A stretch of 64,000 nt of DNA, taken from contig JAYWIR010000033.1 in assembly GCA_036172245.1 (NCBI GenBank), forward strand, positions 1,178,001 through 1,242,000, given 5' to 3'. The notes under the pieces are model-generated. The model did no database searches and was not told the DNA's origin. It was given only the letters and a program-made list of their open reading frames with translations. Position numbers and translations under genes: made by a program. The DNA comes from Raillietiella orientalis (taxonomy: Eukaryota). Position 1 is the first letter of the stretch, and each line of letters starts with the position of its first letter. Positions 39,001 to 50,559 of this stretch are shown piece by piece.

Positions 39001-39725
39001 TGGGAGCAATGGGTCGGAAGGTTTAAAACTGACACAATGGAGCTGGCTGAATCCACGAACGAAGCTGCGAGTAACCAGGAAGTGCTCCCAGAGGGACGAG
39101 TCGACCACCATATGCATCGAATGGTTTCCCATAGAATTCCCGATGGTTCCTTCCAAAGTTCAGAGGGTTTCCGTCAGGCAATTACCCTTACTTGTTTTAC
39201 GAAGTCTGCCGTCACGTGTTCCCTCCCTCCCACACCGTCTCCCCCAGGAACCGGAGCGACAGCTGGCTTCGGAGCCGTTGCTCCCGGAAGACGCGGCATG
39301 GAACTTCTTGCGACGCTTCCTCGCACTCCACGGACATTTTGCGTCGCGTGGTGGACGCAATGCTGGGGGTTGGGTGCGCGCCATCTTGGCGGCCCCCCCC
39401 GCACCGGAGCTACCGCTAACAGCAACCACCTTCCTGAGGACTGCAGCGAGGTGGACCCACTTGCCTCTAGAGGTCACCAGAGAGCTTACCCACATCCTGG
39501 GAAGGCAGCAGGGGAGGAGGAATCGTCCCTACCGAAGATTGCTGTCATCGCCTTTCCCATCTCTTTTAATTTATTGTCCCCTCCCTTTCGCTCTGGACTC
39601 TCCGCTTGTCCGACCTGCATGTCGGTGAACCCTCCCTGAGAACCTTCGCTTGCTTCACTTGGGAGCCTCCTTCCCGCGTGTTTGCTAGTTCACTTTCAAA
39701 GAAGCAAACGTCCCTGAATGACCTA
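39000..39725 (+). mobile_element. Tx1-like 3' end
   Basis: FLRRFLALHG and LRTAARWTHL as in other copies; UTR CCGACCTGCATGTCGGTG; terminus AAACGTCCCTGAATGACC. Confidence 0.75.
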
Positions 39726-39744
39726 CTCATCCCAAATGGCTGGA

Positions 39745-40450
39745 CTATTTGCTTCAAATAAATAAATAAGCCGAAACAAAACATCCGGAGACCGACATGC
39801 GTCTTCCCGAAACCAAAAGGATTGAACTCTCGCAGAAAACACGACGAGGGAGGAGCGAAGAAAGAAAAGGGAGGAGCAATAAATAGGTAAATACAATGGG
39901 GTACATTGGCCTCAGAGTGCCCCATCTGATTCCCGAGACCCTACATCGTCAAGGGAAGGGAGTGAACGGCTCACCAGTTTGGGGTCAGTCTGCCCACAAA
40001 CGTTGGAAGGCTCTCCCGTGCCTCGCCTCCCACATTGGACCGTTCCACCACACTTCGCATGCAAGGCGATGGTGATGGCAAGCGACTCACCAGGGTATCG
40101 GCAGCATTCCTCATCCACTCTCACAGTCCTCGCTGCTCGCACGTGGCAGATGATGCGACCGGCAGACCACTTTAGAGAGACGTCCACGTCTCTCTAAAGT
40201 GGTCTTCTGGGGAGGCGATCGTTGAACCGTAACGCCTCAGCCGACGCAGCATCCTGCATTCCAGCAGCACATGCGGGGGTGTCTCCGCCTTCTCGAGTGA
40301 GGACATCCCTTGGACACTCTCCCCGCTGAGGAGTGGCGGCTTCCACAAGTGCACCAGCAAGATGGTGTTCTTCTGATACCGGAGAAGGCGGCGGAGGCAT
40401 CGAATAGGGAGCATGGGATCCCGTTCTGCCAGCCAGAACCCCCATGCGAG
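39745..40450 (-). mobile_element. Tx1-like 3' end, tail-to-tail with the previous copy
   Basis: AETPPHVLLECRML zinc motif; GCAGCGAGGACTG; T-rich UTR on the minus strand. Confidence 0.7.
40164..40205. repeat. Perfect palindrome, 20-bp arms with 2-nt spacer
   Basis: AGACCACTTTAGAGAGACGT-CC-ACGTCTCTCTAAAGTGGTCT. Confidence 0.98.
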
Positions 40451-41259
40451 AAGTTATTTTAAGCTTTTCCTTTCGTACTGAATGAGTACTCAGGTGGAGC
40501 TTATGAGACTTCTTTCAGCTTTCAGAGTGAGGACACAAATTCACCTCTGCAGTGCGCGTGCTCCATCGTAGGAAAAGATTTGATCGTTGCATCGGAAAGC
40601 TCCAAGGTCGAGGAAAGGTCACGTTCTGAACTGAGTAACATAAGCCGATTCTTGTGTGCTAGAGATGGCCTGCCACTTCGCACACGGACGGATTCCCCCT
40701 ATGAATGCAAGAAGTAGCGAGTGCGCGGAAGTTTGCTGGATGTGGGGAGAGTCCGTCGAATTCCCGCTCTCTAAGAGAGGAGCTCCAAATTCATCGCGAA
40801 GTGGCACGACCATCTGAACATAAAAGTTTCAGAGGAGCTGCAGGGGGAACTCGTGGACTCGAACGAGATGGTCTTGCCAGCTGATCCAAGACTCTTCTTC
40901 GAAGTGGTGCCTAAGGCCACGAATGGCCAGCATCTCTCTTTTTTGTTATGGTGTGACAAAGAAGAGAGACCAAAGACCAAAAGTGGTCTCTCCCTTGCGT
41001 CGACGGAGGACTGCCGACTCTGGTGGAAGCGTTGGAATGACAATCCTCTGGTAGTCTGGGACTACAGGAATAACTGGCACCCAGAGAACGTGAAACCCTT
41101 TGCCCACAGACATGGTTTTCTTGTATTACATCAAACGTTGAGGTTTCCAAGTCTCCATTCAGAACTATGGTTCGCTTGCGGACTTTAAATGTAGAACTAA
41201 AATGACTCTTGTGCGATCTGGAGACCGAATGACCGCCACTGACTATCCGGAATTAGGAA

Positions 41260-41525
41260 CCGACCCTCCGGAACCCTTCCAGGAATCACGGAACTTCAAT
41301 ATTTCAGTCTGGTTTGTTCCATGGAATCGAACCCATTCCAGAGGGTTTAACGCTGGTATGTTGGGATCTCTTCAGAGGATTAAAGAAGGAGCAGTTGCTT
41401 CTCGGGTTACCTTCGAAGACAACCCATGGCTTACCAGGGTGATCCCTTCCGATTTTCTCCTCAGACTGAGTTACACGCATCCTCGGGTGACGTGCAACAC
41501 TGTTTAATAGAGACTTGTGAGCACC
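41260..41525 (+). mobile_element. SINE-like family, partial 3' copy F
   Basis: CCTCCGGAACCCTTCC and TTACACGCATCCTCGGGTGACGTG match the family tail. Confidence 0.45.
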
Positions 41526-42300
41526 TGTGGCGGCACTGCCGAGTCACTGAGATACCCCCCACTTCCCTTGAGGGTGAGCTGCTCCTGAGTACGTATGTCA
41601 CCCAGGTAAGAAACATGGAGGTAAGCACGAAAGCACGCCCGAAAGCAGCGCGGCCGGGGTCATGTACTGGCAACGCATTCTGGAGCGCCAGCCAAGATGA
41701 CCGAACATCAGCTATTCCCCTTCCGAACGACCTGACTTCCAGACTTGGGTATCCTGACCATTGAGAAGATCGGACTGCAGGTGCAGTTCCAACTTCTTTC
41801 CCTGTGTGGGAAATTGTGGTCCTTCCATTGGTGTACTCCGGCACATCACATCCTCCTGCAATGCGCTGGAAGTTCAGGACTTCTTTCGCTGCTGCCGCGC
41901 AACCAATGCCGTAGGATCGGAGCTGGCTACCTCCTGAAGCATCTGTCTTCTCTAATGGAAGCCCGCCCGTGGATCTCCTGCCATCCCATTAACTAGAACG
42001 CCTGGCGGCAAGAGGCGCAGGAGTCCTGGGCTGCAACTTGGAAAGTGCGCCAAGAGAAACTGCTATCGCTGCAGAGTCTCCTACTGCTGGAAGATCTCCC
42101 GCAGGATTGGAGGCAATAATCCCGGATAGCCGTCACACCCTTTGCCACAGCACTGTCTGCTCTCAGGGCGAGAAATGACAGCGGCCAACCTGCGGAGTGG
42201 AGTTCTCTTGCAGCATTGCAGGAGTTCAGAAACTCCCGGACTGCTGAGGACGAGGAGGAAGTTGGTAAACGCTGCCACTCCTCGTTTCCTGGCAAAGGGA
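41525..42300 (-). mobile_element. Tx1-like ORF2 post-EN linker relic
   Basis: KGVTAIRDYC (KxxIRxFC-like) and a degraded KSPG-like segment near 41740. Confidence 0.35.
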
Positions 42301-42339
42301 CTACTTCAGTGGAGTCAGCTCTCCTTGGTTTATCACCCT

Positions 42340-42790
42340 TTCACGCCGGGAGGTTTATTATAAAAAATAATAAACATACGTGTGTGCAGGGCCATCGGCT
42401 ATATATTGTCTGAAAATGTTGGGAACCTGCCGAGTAACCGGTAGGCAGACCGACGAGGTTTGCCTCGGCAGCGAAGGGGGTAGGGGTAAACAAAAATAAA
42501 AACACATGAAAATCAATAATAAAAAGAAACAACTCTGAAGAGCAGGAGAAGGGATCACTGTCCACTGGGGGGCGTCCTCTGCATCCTTTCCAGGTTGCTG
42601 TCAAGTTGCATCTGTGTATGTACCGGGTGGGGTCATCTTGTTGCCGTCCCCAGGAAGCGTAGGGCGAAGCACATAGCGTCCCTGTCGCGCCGTTCTCCTC
42701 TCGCGTAGCTCCAAGCCGAACTGCTTGGTGTACCCCCCTAAGAATTCGTGGTCCTTCCCCTGCATGTGAACACCTTTGTGTTCCCGCTAC
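42340..42790 (-). mobile_element. Tx1-like 3' end
   Basis: WKGCRGRPP as at 22.55 kb and 43.47 kb; terminus AATAAACCTCCCGGCGTGA. Confidence 0.7.
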
Positions 42791-43250
42791 GATGAAAACA
42801 GGATGTCCTGCTGCTTCCACACTGGGGATTCCAGTGCAATCAGCGCAGACAGCTGGTTTCCGAGGGAGTTACTTCCCCGATCTGTTCGAGGAGCGGGGCG
42901 ATGGAGTCGCTCCCGCACCTCCTGTTGGGATGTGGTGCCCTGGAGGCAGCGGAGACTCCCTTCGAAGCTCCGACAACCGCAGGACACCATTTTGGACTTG
43001 CCGCGATGCTTCTTCATCGGAGGCGGGCTGAAGAAGACAACTGCGATCCGTGCCATAGTGAGAGTGCTGGACTCCATGTGCTGGAGTCATATTCGCAGCG
43101 AAAGGAGGCCGCCAGCATGGTAGCAGCAGCCCTCATGAGGACAGCAGCAAGGTGGCTTCATGAGACAGAAGTCTCTAGGGAGACTTCACACCCGGGTGCG
43201 CCGGGTCGCTTGTTCCTCTTGCAGGAATCGATGGAGCCAAAAGGCTCATC
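42790..43250 (+). mobile_element. Tx1-like 3' coding end
   Basis: ESLPHLLLGCGAL and LMRTAARWLH. Confidence 0.75.
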
Positions 43251-43259
43251 GATCCAATT

Positions 43260-43960
43260 ATTACATTAGGAAAAAAGGGAGAGAGCCAGAGAGGTCCATC
43301 ACGGATACGAAACGGAAGGGGGACGAAGCAAAATTAGAACATACGGAAAACAAACTATAAAAAACAATAGAGATTAACAAAACAACAATAACAACAACAA
43401 CTAAACAAGAACAATAATAATTGAGGGGAAGGGAAAGGATCAGATCGCGTGGTGGGTGAGACCTCTGCATCCGTTGAAGGATGCCAGAGAGCTCCTCCTT
43501 CTCCCTTTCGAGGTCCGGCCACTTCCAAGCTATCTGCTGAAAGCGGATGGCGTGCAGGGCAGCCCCCCCCGTCTCTCCGGACCCTCTCGACGCCGCTCTT
43601 CGCCGCGACGACACGGAGCACGCAGCACATCTCTGCCATTGCGGCTGCGGGCGTCCCTCACGAAGAGGGGCCTCAAAGAGTTTCTGGGTTCGACCACGGG
43701 TGAGGAAGGAGACGCAGAGAAACGTTTCCACAAGTCCCGGGGGGCGAGACTCACTGCAGCAAGGGGTAGGGGAAGGTCTCCTTCTTTCCACATCTGGCAC
43801 AGTTCGGCGATGAGCTCCCCCTGGTCCAGTGATGCTGGCGCGCGTTGCAAGGGAGACCCCAGTGCTGTATCAGCAGCGCCGATTGCTGCCACTTGAGGGG
43901 AAGCAGCTTTCTGTCTATAAACACGGGGGGCGGCCCTTCCAACTCTTCGGTCTTTAACCA
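43260..43960 (-). mobile_element. Tx1-like 3' end
   Basis: PNCARCGKKETFPYPLLQ zinc motif; T-rich UTR on the minus strand. Confidence 0.75.
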
Positions 43961-44190
43961 AGGACTCCTGTAGTCACCTTCCCTTCTTTTTTCATTTATT
44001 TTTTGTCCCCTTCCTCCTCCATTCCCTACTTTTTAAAAGCCGGTCTGAGCGCCGGTGGTTACACCAAATGAATTTTCTCTTTTTTTGGCATTTCTTGTTT
44101 TTGAGGGGTTCTTTTTCCCTCTTTGCTTTTCAAAGTAAGTTAGCTTGCTCTTTTCAAAATAAAGGTCCCGGAGTAACCTGGTAGGGACCG
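43960..44190 (+). mobile_element. Tx1-like 3' UTR/terminus
   Basis: Pyrimidine-rich tract ending AATAAAGGTCCCGGAGTAACC. Confidence 0.5.
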
Positions 44191-44199
44191 GGCGACCAG

Positions 44200-44700
44200 A
44201 CGGTTGAAATGTTAAAGATCTCTCTCAACACATGTATCGTGTACCCAATCGTGTAAATGAAACATTGTAGGTGTAGGCAGGCTAACACGAAACAGTATGC
44301 TCCAGACGAAACTCCGGGACTCGAACTCCGAGACCTCAGAACAGAAACTCCTGTCGGCTTTCCCAATCTCGTCGAAGGACGTTTTCGCCTGACTGTGCGC
44401 ATCGATGACTTCCCCGAGAAATTTCTAGTGAATCGCCAGGAGCATTGTACCCTGAGGAAGCGAGCACACCGTGTTTCTGTTAATTTGAAAGGATTCCCAT
44501 TCATAAATCTCCTTCCTTCTATTAAGGCACGTCGTTCTGGGACAAGGACGCCCATAACTCACGGAAATTTTCTGTTTCACAAGCGTTTGGCCCACGACGA
44601 TCGCGTGAGCTTCCGGCGAGCGCAGCTGCCTAACGATAACCCACGGACTGATGGCAATTAACTGAAACAAATTAACAGATTTATACACCTGAAGACATGT
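44200..44700 (-). mobile_element. Decayed LINE RT fragment
   Basis: MNGNPFKLTETR (INGxxSxPFxLxRG-like) and VSSGAY (SAYADD-like). Confidence 0.35.
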
Positions 44701-44869
44701 CACTGGATGATTGAAAAAAAAGAAAAATAGGGAGTCGAGCACCGGAGAATGGGATCTCGTTTGTGCGTGTCTCGAACGATTAGCTCCAGCCCGTGGCCGA
44801 ATCGAGGATGACATCATGCATCCCGAGTCTTTTCAACCCACACAGCGGTTGAGCCGAATGCGATTTCAG

Positions 44870-46300
44870 TAATAATAAACATGCAGCTCTCCTATGCCAC
44901 AGGTGTTGGAGTCAGGACACGAGACAGAAGCTGGCATGCACTCATCCTGGAAGCTGGTAAATCCTCACGAGAGCTCCGCATCGCTCTCGTGGGTGCGCCG
45001 ATAGCTGCTCTTCTCTCGACTTGACACGGAGCCTGCTTCTCTTGCGAGCTCCAGAACAGTGACCAAGGTGAAAGCCACCCGCGGGCTGCTCCGAAACCTG
45101 GAGCTGGTGGGACTTACGTGTGATTCCCTGCTACGCACTCCGGGAAGCCGGAAACCAAACTCGCAGCCACGGCGGCATCCGCCCTCCTTGCGGACTTCGA
45201 CGGCAGCATCTTTGCCTGCGAGTGAAAGGGAGCAGTACCATCCTTCTCTGCCTGGAGGATGCGACGTCGGAAACGATCCTTGTGCGGCTGCTGAACCACC
45301 GTCCTTTCTTAGAGGCTTCGGAGAACTCCGGCGCTTTTCCTGCTGAAATTCTACATCTTCACTTGGTGAGTGTCAGAGATCTGTCGTTTGCTTTGGTATC
45401 AAAAATCCTCGTTGTGTCTGGAAACGAAAGCCGATTTTCGATGTTTCTCCATTTTAGCTAATGACTTTGATGATTATCTTACAAGTTTTTTTTTTCTTTT
45501 TCATAAAATCAGAGAGATTCGATCTTGAATTCCATTTATCTTAATTCGATGCGTCATGGCTTGTGGGAATGCCGATTGCATGGGGCGAACATCGAGCGTC
45601 GCTCTGGACTTCAGATCAAAGGTGTCAGTTTTGCACCATGAGATCGCAAGCATGAGATCCTGTGTTCCCGAAAGTGTCCATCAGGATATTTCGCAACGCT
45701 GCAGAGTGTTTATGTGGCACAAGCGCTCGTGCTCTTTACCTGCCTGCCTGGTCAATGGGACCACCTGCGTTTCTTACGGGGGCACGCTACAGGTTTCGCC
45801 TTGTCAGAAATGCCACCTCTGATCTCAGCATCCGAGCTCCAGAGCGAACTCGAAGCTGCCATTTAATGAAATCTTGATCCTGGTGATGCACAATCGGTCT
45901 TTCCTTGGAACTTTGTTTCTAAAACTCTACGAGTTTTATTATAAGCACTGCCCTCAGAGAAAACTGTCAACTGAGGACTGTCTTAATCGGGGCTGGAAGT
46001 TTTGTGGACCAGCGGAGATTTTGGCCACGAGGTCACTCTGTGCCACTGCGAGTGATACTGGAACTTTATGTGTGCAGGAATCCATAATGGATTCGCCAAT
46101 TCCCATGCTGTTCCTTTTTCGAAATGATGATCCCGAATTCATCCTCCTAGAAGGAAAAGAAGACCGTGGACTGACCTCCCTGCAAGAGAAAGAAACGAGC
46201 TCTTGTAAAATGTTGAAAATCTATGCAGTGATTTTGGTGGTGAGAAGTTTCTGTGAAGACGAGAGTCGACAAGGGTTTGTGCAAATCCACAGTTCTCACT
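44870..46300 (+). mobile_element. Decayed LINE RT fragments
   Basis: ALLADFDGSIF (LSLDxEKAFD-like), GLLRNLEL (GRxIxDNL-like) and GGTLQVSP (GTRQGxPLS-like). Confidence 0.4.
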
Positions 46301-47899
46301 GAAATGAGATTCAAAACTTTTCGAATCAAGATAAATTTTTAAAATGATGCAATGGTCCTTTAATTCGTTGAGCTCATCCATCCCAAAGTTTATTGAGGTG
46401 TCTTTCGGTTCTTTAAACTCAACTTACAGAAAAAAAAAATCAGTATAGAATTCCTAGGATCGTGGCATCCCTGTTTCGCATCACCACCAATTAGGTCCAA
46501 TTCAAAGTGTTTAGTCAGCGTGGCAGAGAGTTTCTCAGGTGCATTTTCGTTTGACGTCCACGTCCACTCTGTGGATGGGCGCCTTGATCCGTGCACTGGC
46601 AAGGACCACTTTGGTTTCTTTTAGAATACTGCACAGACTAGACTCCATTGTACAAGTTCCTTGTACGTTGAGTGCACACCCCTACGCGTGGACTGCAATC
46701 CTCAGCATTTGTTTTTGTTTTTTTGTCAGTTGCGTTCAAAGAACCGAAAGACTTTTCGATTTTGTTAAAAATTCGTTGAAAAAATGCAATCAACAGCAAC
46801 TCTGAAGGTAATGAAAGAAACAGTAGAAATTTAAGAAACAAAGCGAGGCGAGAAGAATTCCAGTTTGAGAAGCAAAGGTACAAGGAAACTTTCATCAACG
46901 AAACACAGGTCCAAGACCATCTTGCTGTCTTCTCTCGAGAGATTCTTCTTGCGATGCCAACTTTGCAAGAAGAAGGGTTCGTTTGCCGTGGCCATTCTCA
47001 GCCTCGGTCGATCTTCAAGGATTTGCGCTTTCCTTGGCGCCGTTGCCGTTAGTTGCCAGACGGTCACAGATGTTGCATTCTGTCATAGTGCTTCCAGCCT
47101 CTTTAGCACGAGACTTAAATGGAGAGCATCGCGCTGGCAATAAGTGCAGTCCTTAGAAAAGCACATCGTTTAGAGTACTAGGTGTCACGTAAAGGTGTGT
47201 CCAGATTACTGGAATGATGCAGCGGATTTACTTGAAAGATCTACGGATAATACCCACCGACTAAATCAGCGAAGTGCCAAAACTCGAGCCTCCCATTCCA
47301 TTTTTCAAAACGAACCAAAGCTTCCAGAGGAATCCTCTCAGCCGGCAAAGTGAGTCTGATAAACAAGCACACATCTTTACATTCTTGCAGAAGTACTTTG
47401 CTACAGAGACAGGTTTTTCAAGAGGAGCTACCGACCCCTTTGTGAAAAAAAAAAAAAAAAACGAACGGTAGGCTTGCAGACGATGATCGAGGAAACTTCT
47501 TGAGACGGTCCACTGTTAGAAGTCAAGGAAACCGTGGCTGTTGATTCCTCAAGGGTGACAATATTCCTCTTTGCGCAGCACTTGGGTTCTTGTTTACGCT
47601 AGAGGCTACCGGTCGCAAGCAGAAACTCGATGTATCTCATTTGCATGCCGATTGCCTGGTCATGACCCACTGTTTATTCTCTTTGTCTTAATCAATAAAA
47701 AGATGTTTGTGGCTTCATTTTAACTGCCAATCTAAAAGGAGCGACCAGCTACCAGGAACAAAATGCCTTGGCTAAGACCAAAGTCCCTGCTCCTCCTTTT
47801 GTGAAGTGGCAAGTGGCAACCTTGAATTTTACAGTCAAAGAGCTTGCTTCATCTTTTTTCCTTGCCGTAAACTTGTGGACGCTCTAAAGTTCCGTAAAT

Positions 47900-49150
47900 A
47901 GGTGGAACCTTGCTCTCAGGATGGCAGATCGATGAACTCGAGGATGATGCTCCGAAAGAGCCAGGTATTCCAAGGACGTAAGCGAACCTGTTTTGGTTAC
48001 TGGGCGAGCGGGGGGATCACTTGGAAGAAAAGATCCCCACAGTCCTCACCATCTTCATTTCCTGTCCACATGAAGTAATGGTATATCATTTCCAAGAATT
48101 TTCCGTCTGCATCCGCATTGGTTGGCAGCAGTTCTTTTTGAGTGCGGAAGCCCTGCACGGTGTTCCTTCGTAGCGAGCGTGTCTCCAGGGTCGCTCGCTG
48201 GAAGGCACCAACGTCACATACAACGACGACATCTATAGCACACAGACTAAACCGTCGCTCTTCCAGATGACCTTTGTTCCCTTGCAAAGAAGAGTTTCCT
48301 TTAGTCAGAAAAGGGGTCTTCTAGCTCAGCAGTGGGGATGCAAGGAAGAAGAGGAGATTTACAAACACCGGTCCGGCTAGCTCGAAGGAGCCCAAAACTC
48401 CTCCTCCCGTGCCTGGAAGCCGGAGGGGAGATTTGACCTGCTTCCTTCTGTTGATGGAGTCCTCGGGATGTTCGCGATGAGCTTTCCTACGTGTTGGCAG
48501 CCCAGCGATCGCAAAATTCTGGAGAAGCTCAAGAAAGGAAGTGGCGTGACCTCACGAACCAACTCAAGGAAGGGTCGTGAAAAAAAATCTGTAGGATAAA
48601 AAAACGTCTAATCCTTCATCTTCGCAGTCTTCATCCTTCCGACTAATCCCTCAATTCGGCGGAAATCGTTTCGAAAAATATAGGAACCCGCACGAGGAAT
48701 GACTTTTTTTGTCTTTGTGACGTCACTTTCCAAGAAGAACGGGAACTTGTGCTTGTTTTCTTCGTAGAGAATCCCTGAGTGTGTGTGGTGCAGCCGTCTG
48801 AACATTCAGTCATGCTAAATGACTATTGATAACAAGAACGTCATCTAAGCTGTAATGCGCAAACAGTGGTCTGAATGATCCAGCATCCCTCTTCAAGATC
48901 ACTGGAAGCATGCAAACTTGTGTCAAGCACATTGCAAAAAGGTGAAGGCTTTGGTGGTTGTTTTTCCTGGAAGAGTTTCTGTTGTTCTCCGATTGCTGAG
49001 GGCGCCGATTCAGCTCCGATGACCTGCTTCTGGTACGCATCTTCCCGAAGAAATACGATGGGTGCGTGGCGAAAGGGAAGCACACAGAAAGCTCAGGCCC
49101 CCTTCCCGTTTCAATTCGCCGCCGAGGGGGACTCATGCTGGCGGTCACTA
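47900..49150 (-). mobile_element. LINE ORF2 relic (EN start, linker, RT start)
   Basis: HAPIVFLRED (ADIVFLQET), KQVKSP (GKSPG-like) and then KGHLEERRFSL (KxxxxRPISL-like). Confidence 0.5.
48296..48604 (+). repeat. ~310-bp direct repeat, copy 1
   Basis: Matches 52483-52793 (offset 4187); 64-nt identical core. Confidence 0.95.
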
Positions 49151-49519
49151 ATTTGCCGCCTACGTAGAATGAACCACTTCTTCGCGAACACCACCAAAAG
49201 GCTCCGAAAAGGCCTCTCCGTGATCGCAGAAAAATTAATTCACCTCACTCTGTTCCGCTGTCACATTGCATCACGGATTCTCCCCCCCAAAAAGTCATTT
49301 GCAGCCGAGTCCCAATCGAGTGTCCCGTGCTGCGAAGATAAGTAAACAAGCGGGAGAAACCAAAGTTCGCCCAACACATTTGAGGTCATTTGCAGGCGAT
49401 CGATTATCAGGGCGCTGTTCCGCGCACTTCAGAAGACAATTACCGATGAAGATCCTCCTGAAAGAGGAGGCAGAAACTTTCCCTACCAGAAATCAAATTT
49501 CCCTTAGCAGCCTCTTGAA

Positions 49520-50190
49520 AGGCGAAACGTGAGGCTGCGGTCTGCGCGCGCGATGCCAGTTCGATGCCAAGAGTCGTGGGTTCGATTCCCCCCGTGGAGG
49601 ATCGACGGCAGAGAAATGAATGCGGTCGTGGGTTTCCATCTCCCTCCGCAGGATGACTCTGGTTGGCCTGTGGGCTTCAAGTACGGCACTAGGGGAAGCC
49701 GGATGCCTCCTGTTCACTGGCCGGAGCTGGGAGTCGGCCTTCCGGGGTCCTTCCAGCGATGAAGGAGCCTCGAGGTTCCACTCTGGTTGTGTAAATACAG
49801 CCGTCCATCGCGTTCAATAGAGCTGGTTGACATCTCCGTCAGGGCGTTCTCTCTCCAGCGTGTAAGGGGCGCGCTGCTCCCTTCGAGGGGCACCTTCAGA
49901 GAAATCGGGAAGTGTCCCTTTAGGGTTCTCTTCAGAGGAATAAACAAAGAGCGGTTCCCTTGCGGGTTCCCTCCGCGCAAGAAATGAGGAGTGGCCTTGC
50001 ATTGGGGGATCCATCCCAAACGTAAGAGGAACGGACTCTTTCCTCCGGAGCCCTCCTGGATTCAAAGGGTGGTCCCCCTCAGCTTACCCCTTAACTTGAA
50101 GAGTAACACGCGCTCTCGAGTAAATTGGACAGTGCTGAAAGAGCTTTGAGACGAACGGTTCTTCAGCACTTTTGCAAATCAAAGAAAAAA
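49520..50190 (+). mobile_element. SINE-like family, copy E
   Basis: GTCGTGGGTTCGATTCCC B-box at ~49575; collinear with copy B; tail CTTGAAGAGTAACACGCG...GGTTCTTCAGCACTT then an A-rich end. Confidence 0.8.
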
Positions 50191-50559
50191 AAGAGGCGAC
50201 TTGAACCGAGATCGCTCGTTCGTTCTCGCATCGCCGGTCTGTACAGCTTCCTCGCCGCAGGTTGGCTTCGCAGAGGGGTGCTGGGGAGTGCGGGAGCTTC
50301 TTGTTGAGGTGGTGCCTTCGTTCCACCTCTTTAATTCGAATCCCGAACCTTTCCTGAGGCAAGGGAGCTTCCCTTCCCTCTATCTCACTGGGTCTCCTTG
50401 CTCGGCTTTTGGCGTCGTCTACCACCTGGTTGCGCCTGGGCGTTTATCCAAAAAGATGAGCAAACTATCAGGGAACGAAGTTCCCAGACAAAGAGAAAAG
50501 CAGTTCGAGAGGAGGATTCTTCGGCACTCAGGTAGGACACCCTAAAAGTCGAGAACGGG

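Noticed and set aside
38861..39639. 255-aa and 235-aa ORFs as genes
   Set aside because: They are chimeric reads across LINE 3' fragments, with the same peptides seen frameshifted in other copies.
44154..44817. Overlapping ORFs suggesting an endogenous viral fragment
   Set aside because: No viral motif recognised; better explained as a decayed LINE RT on the minus strand.
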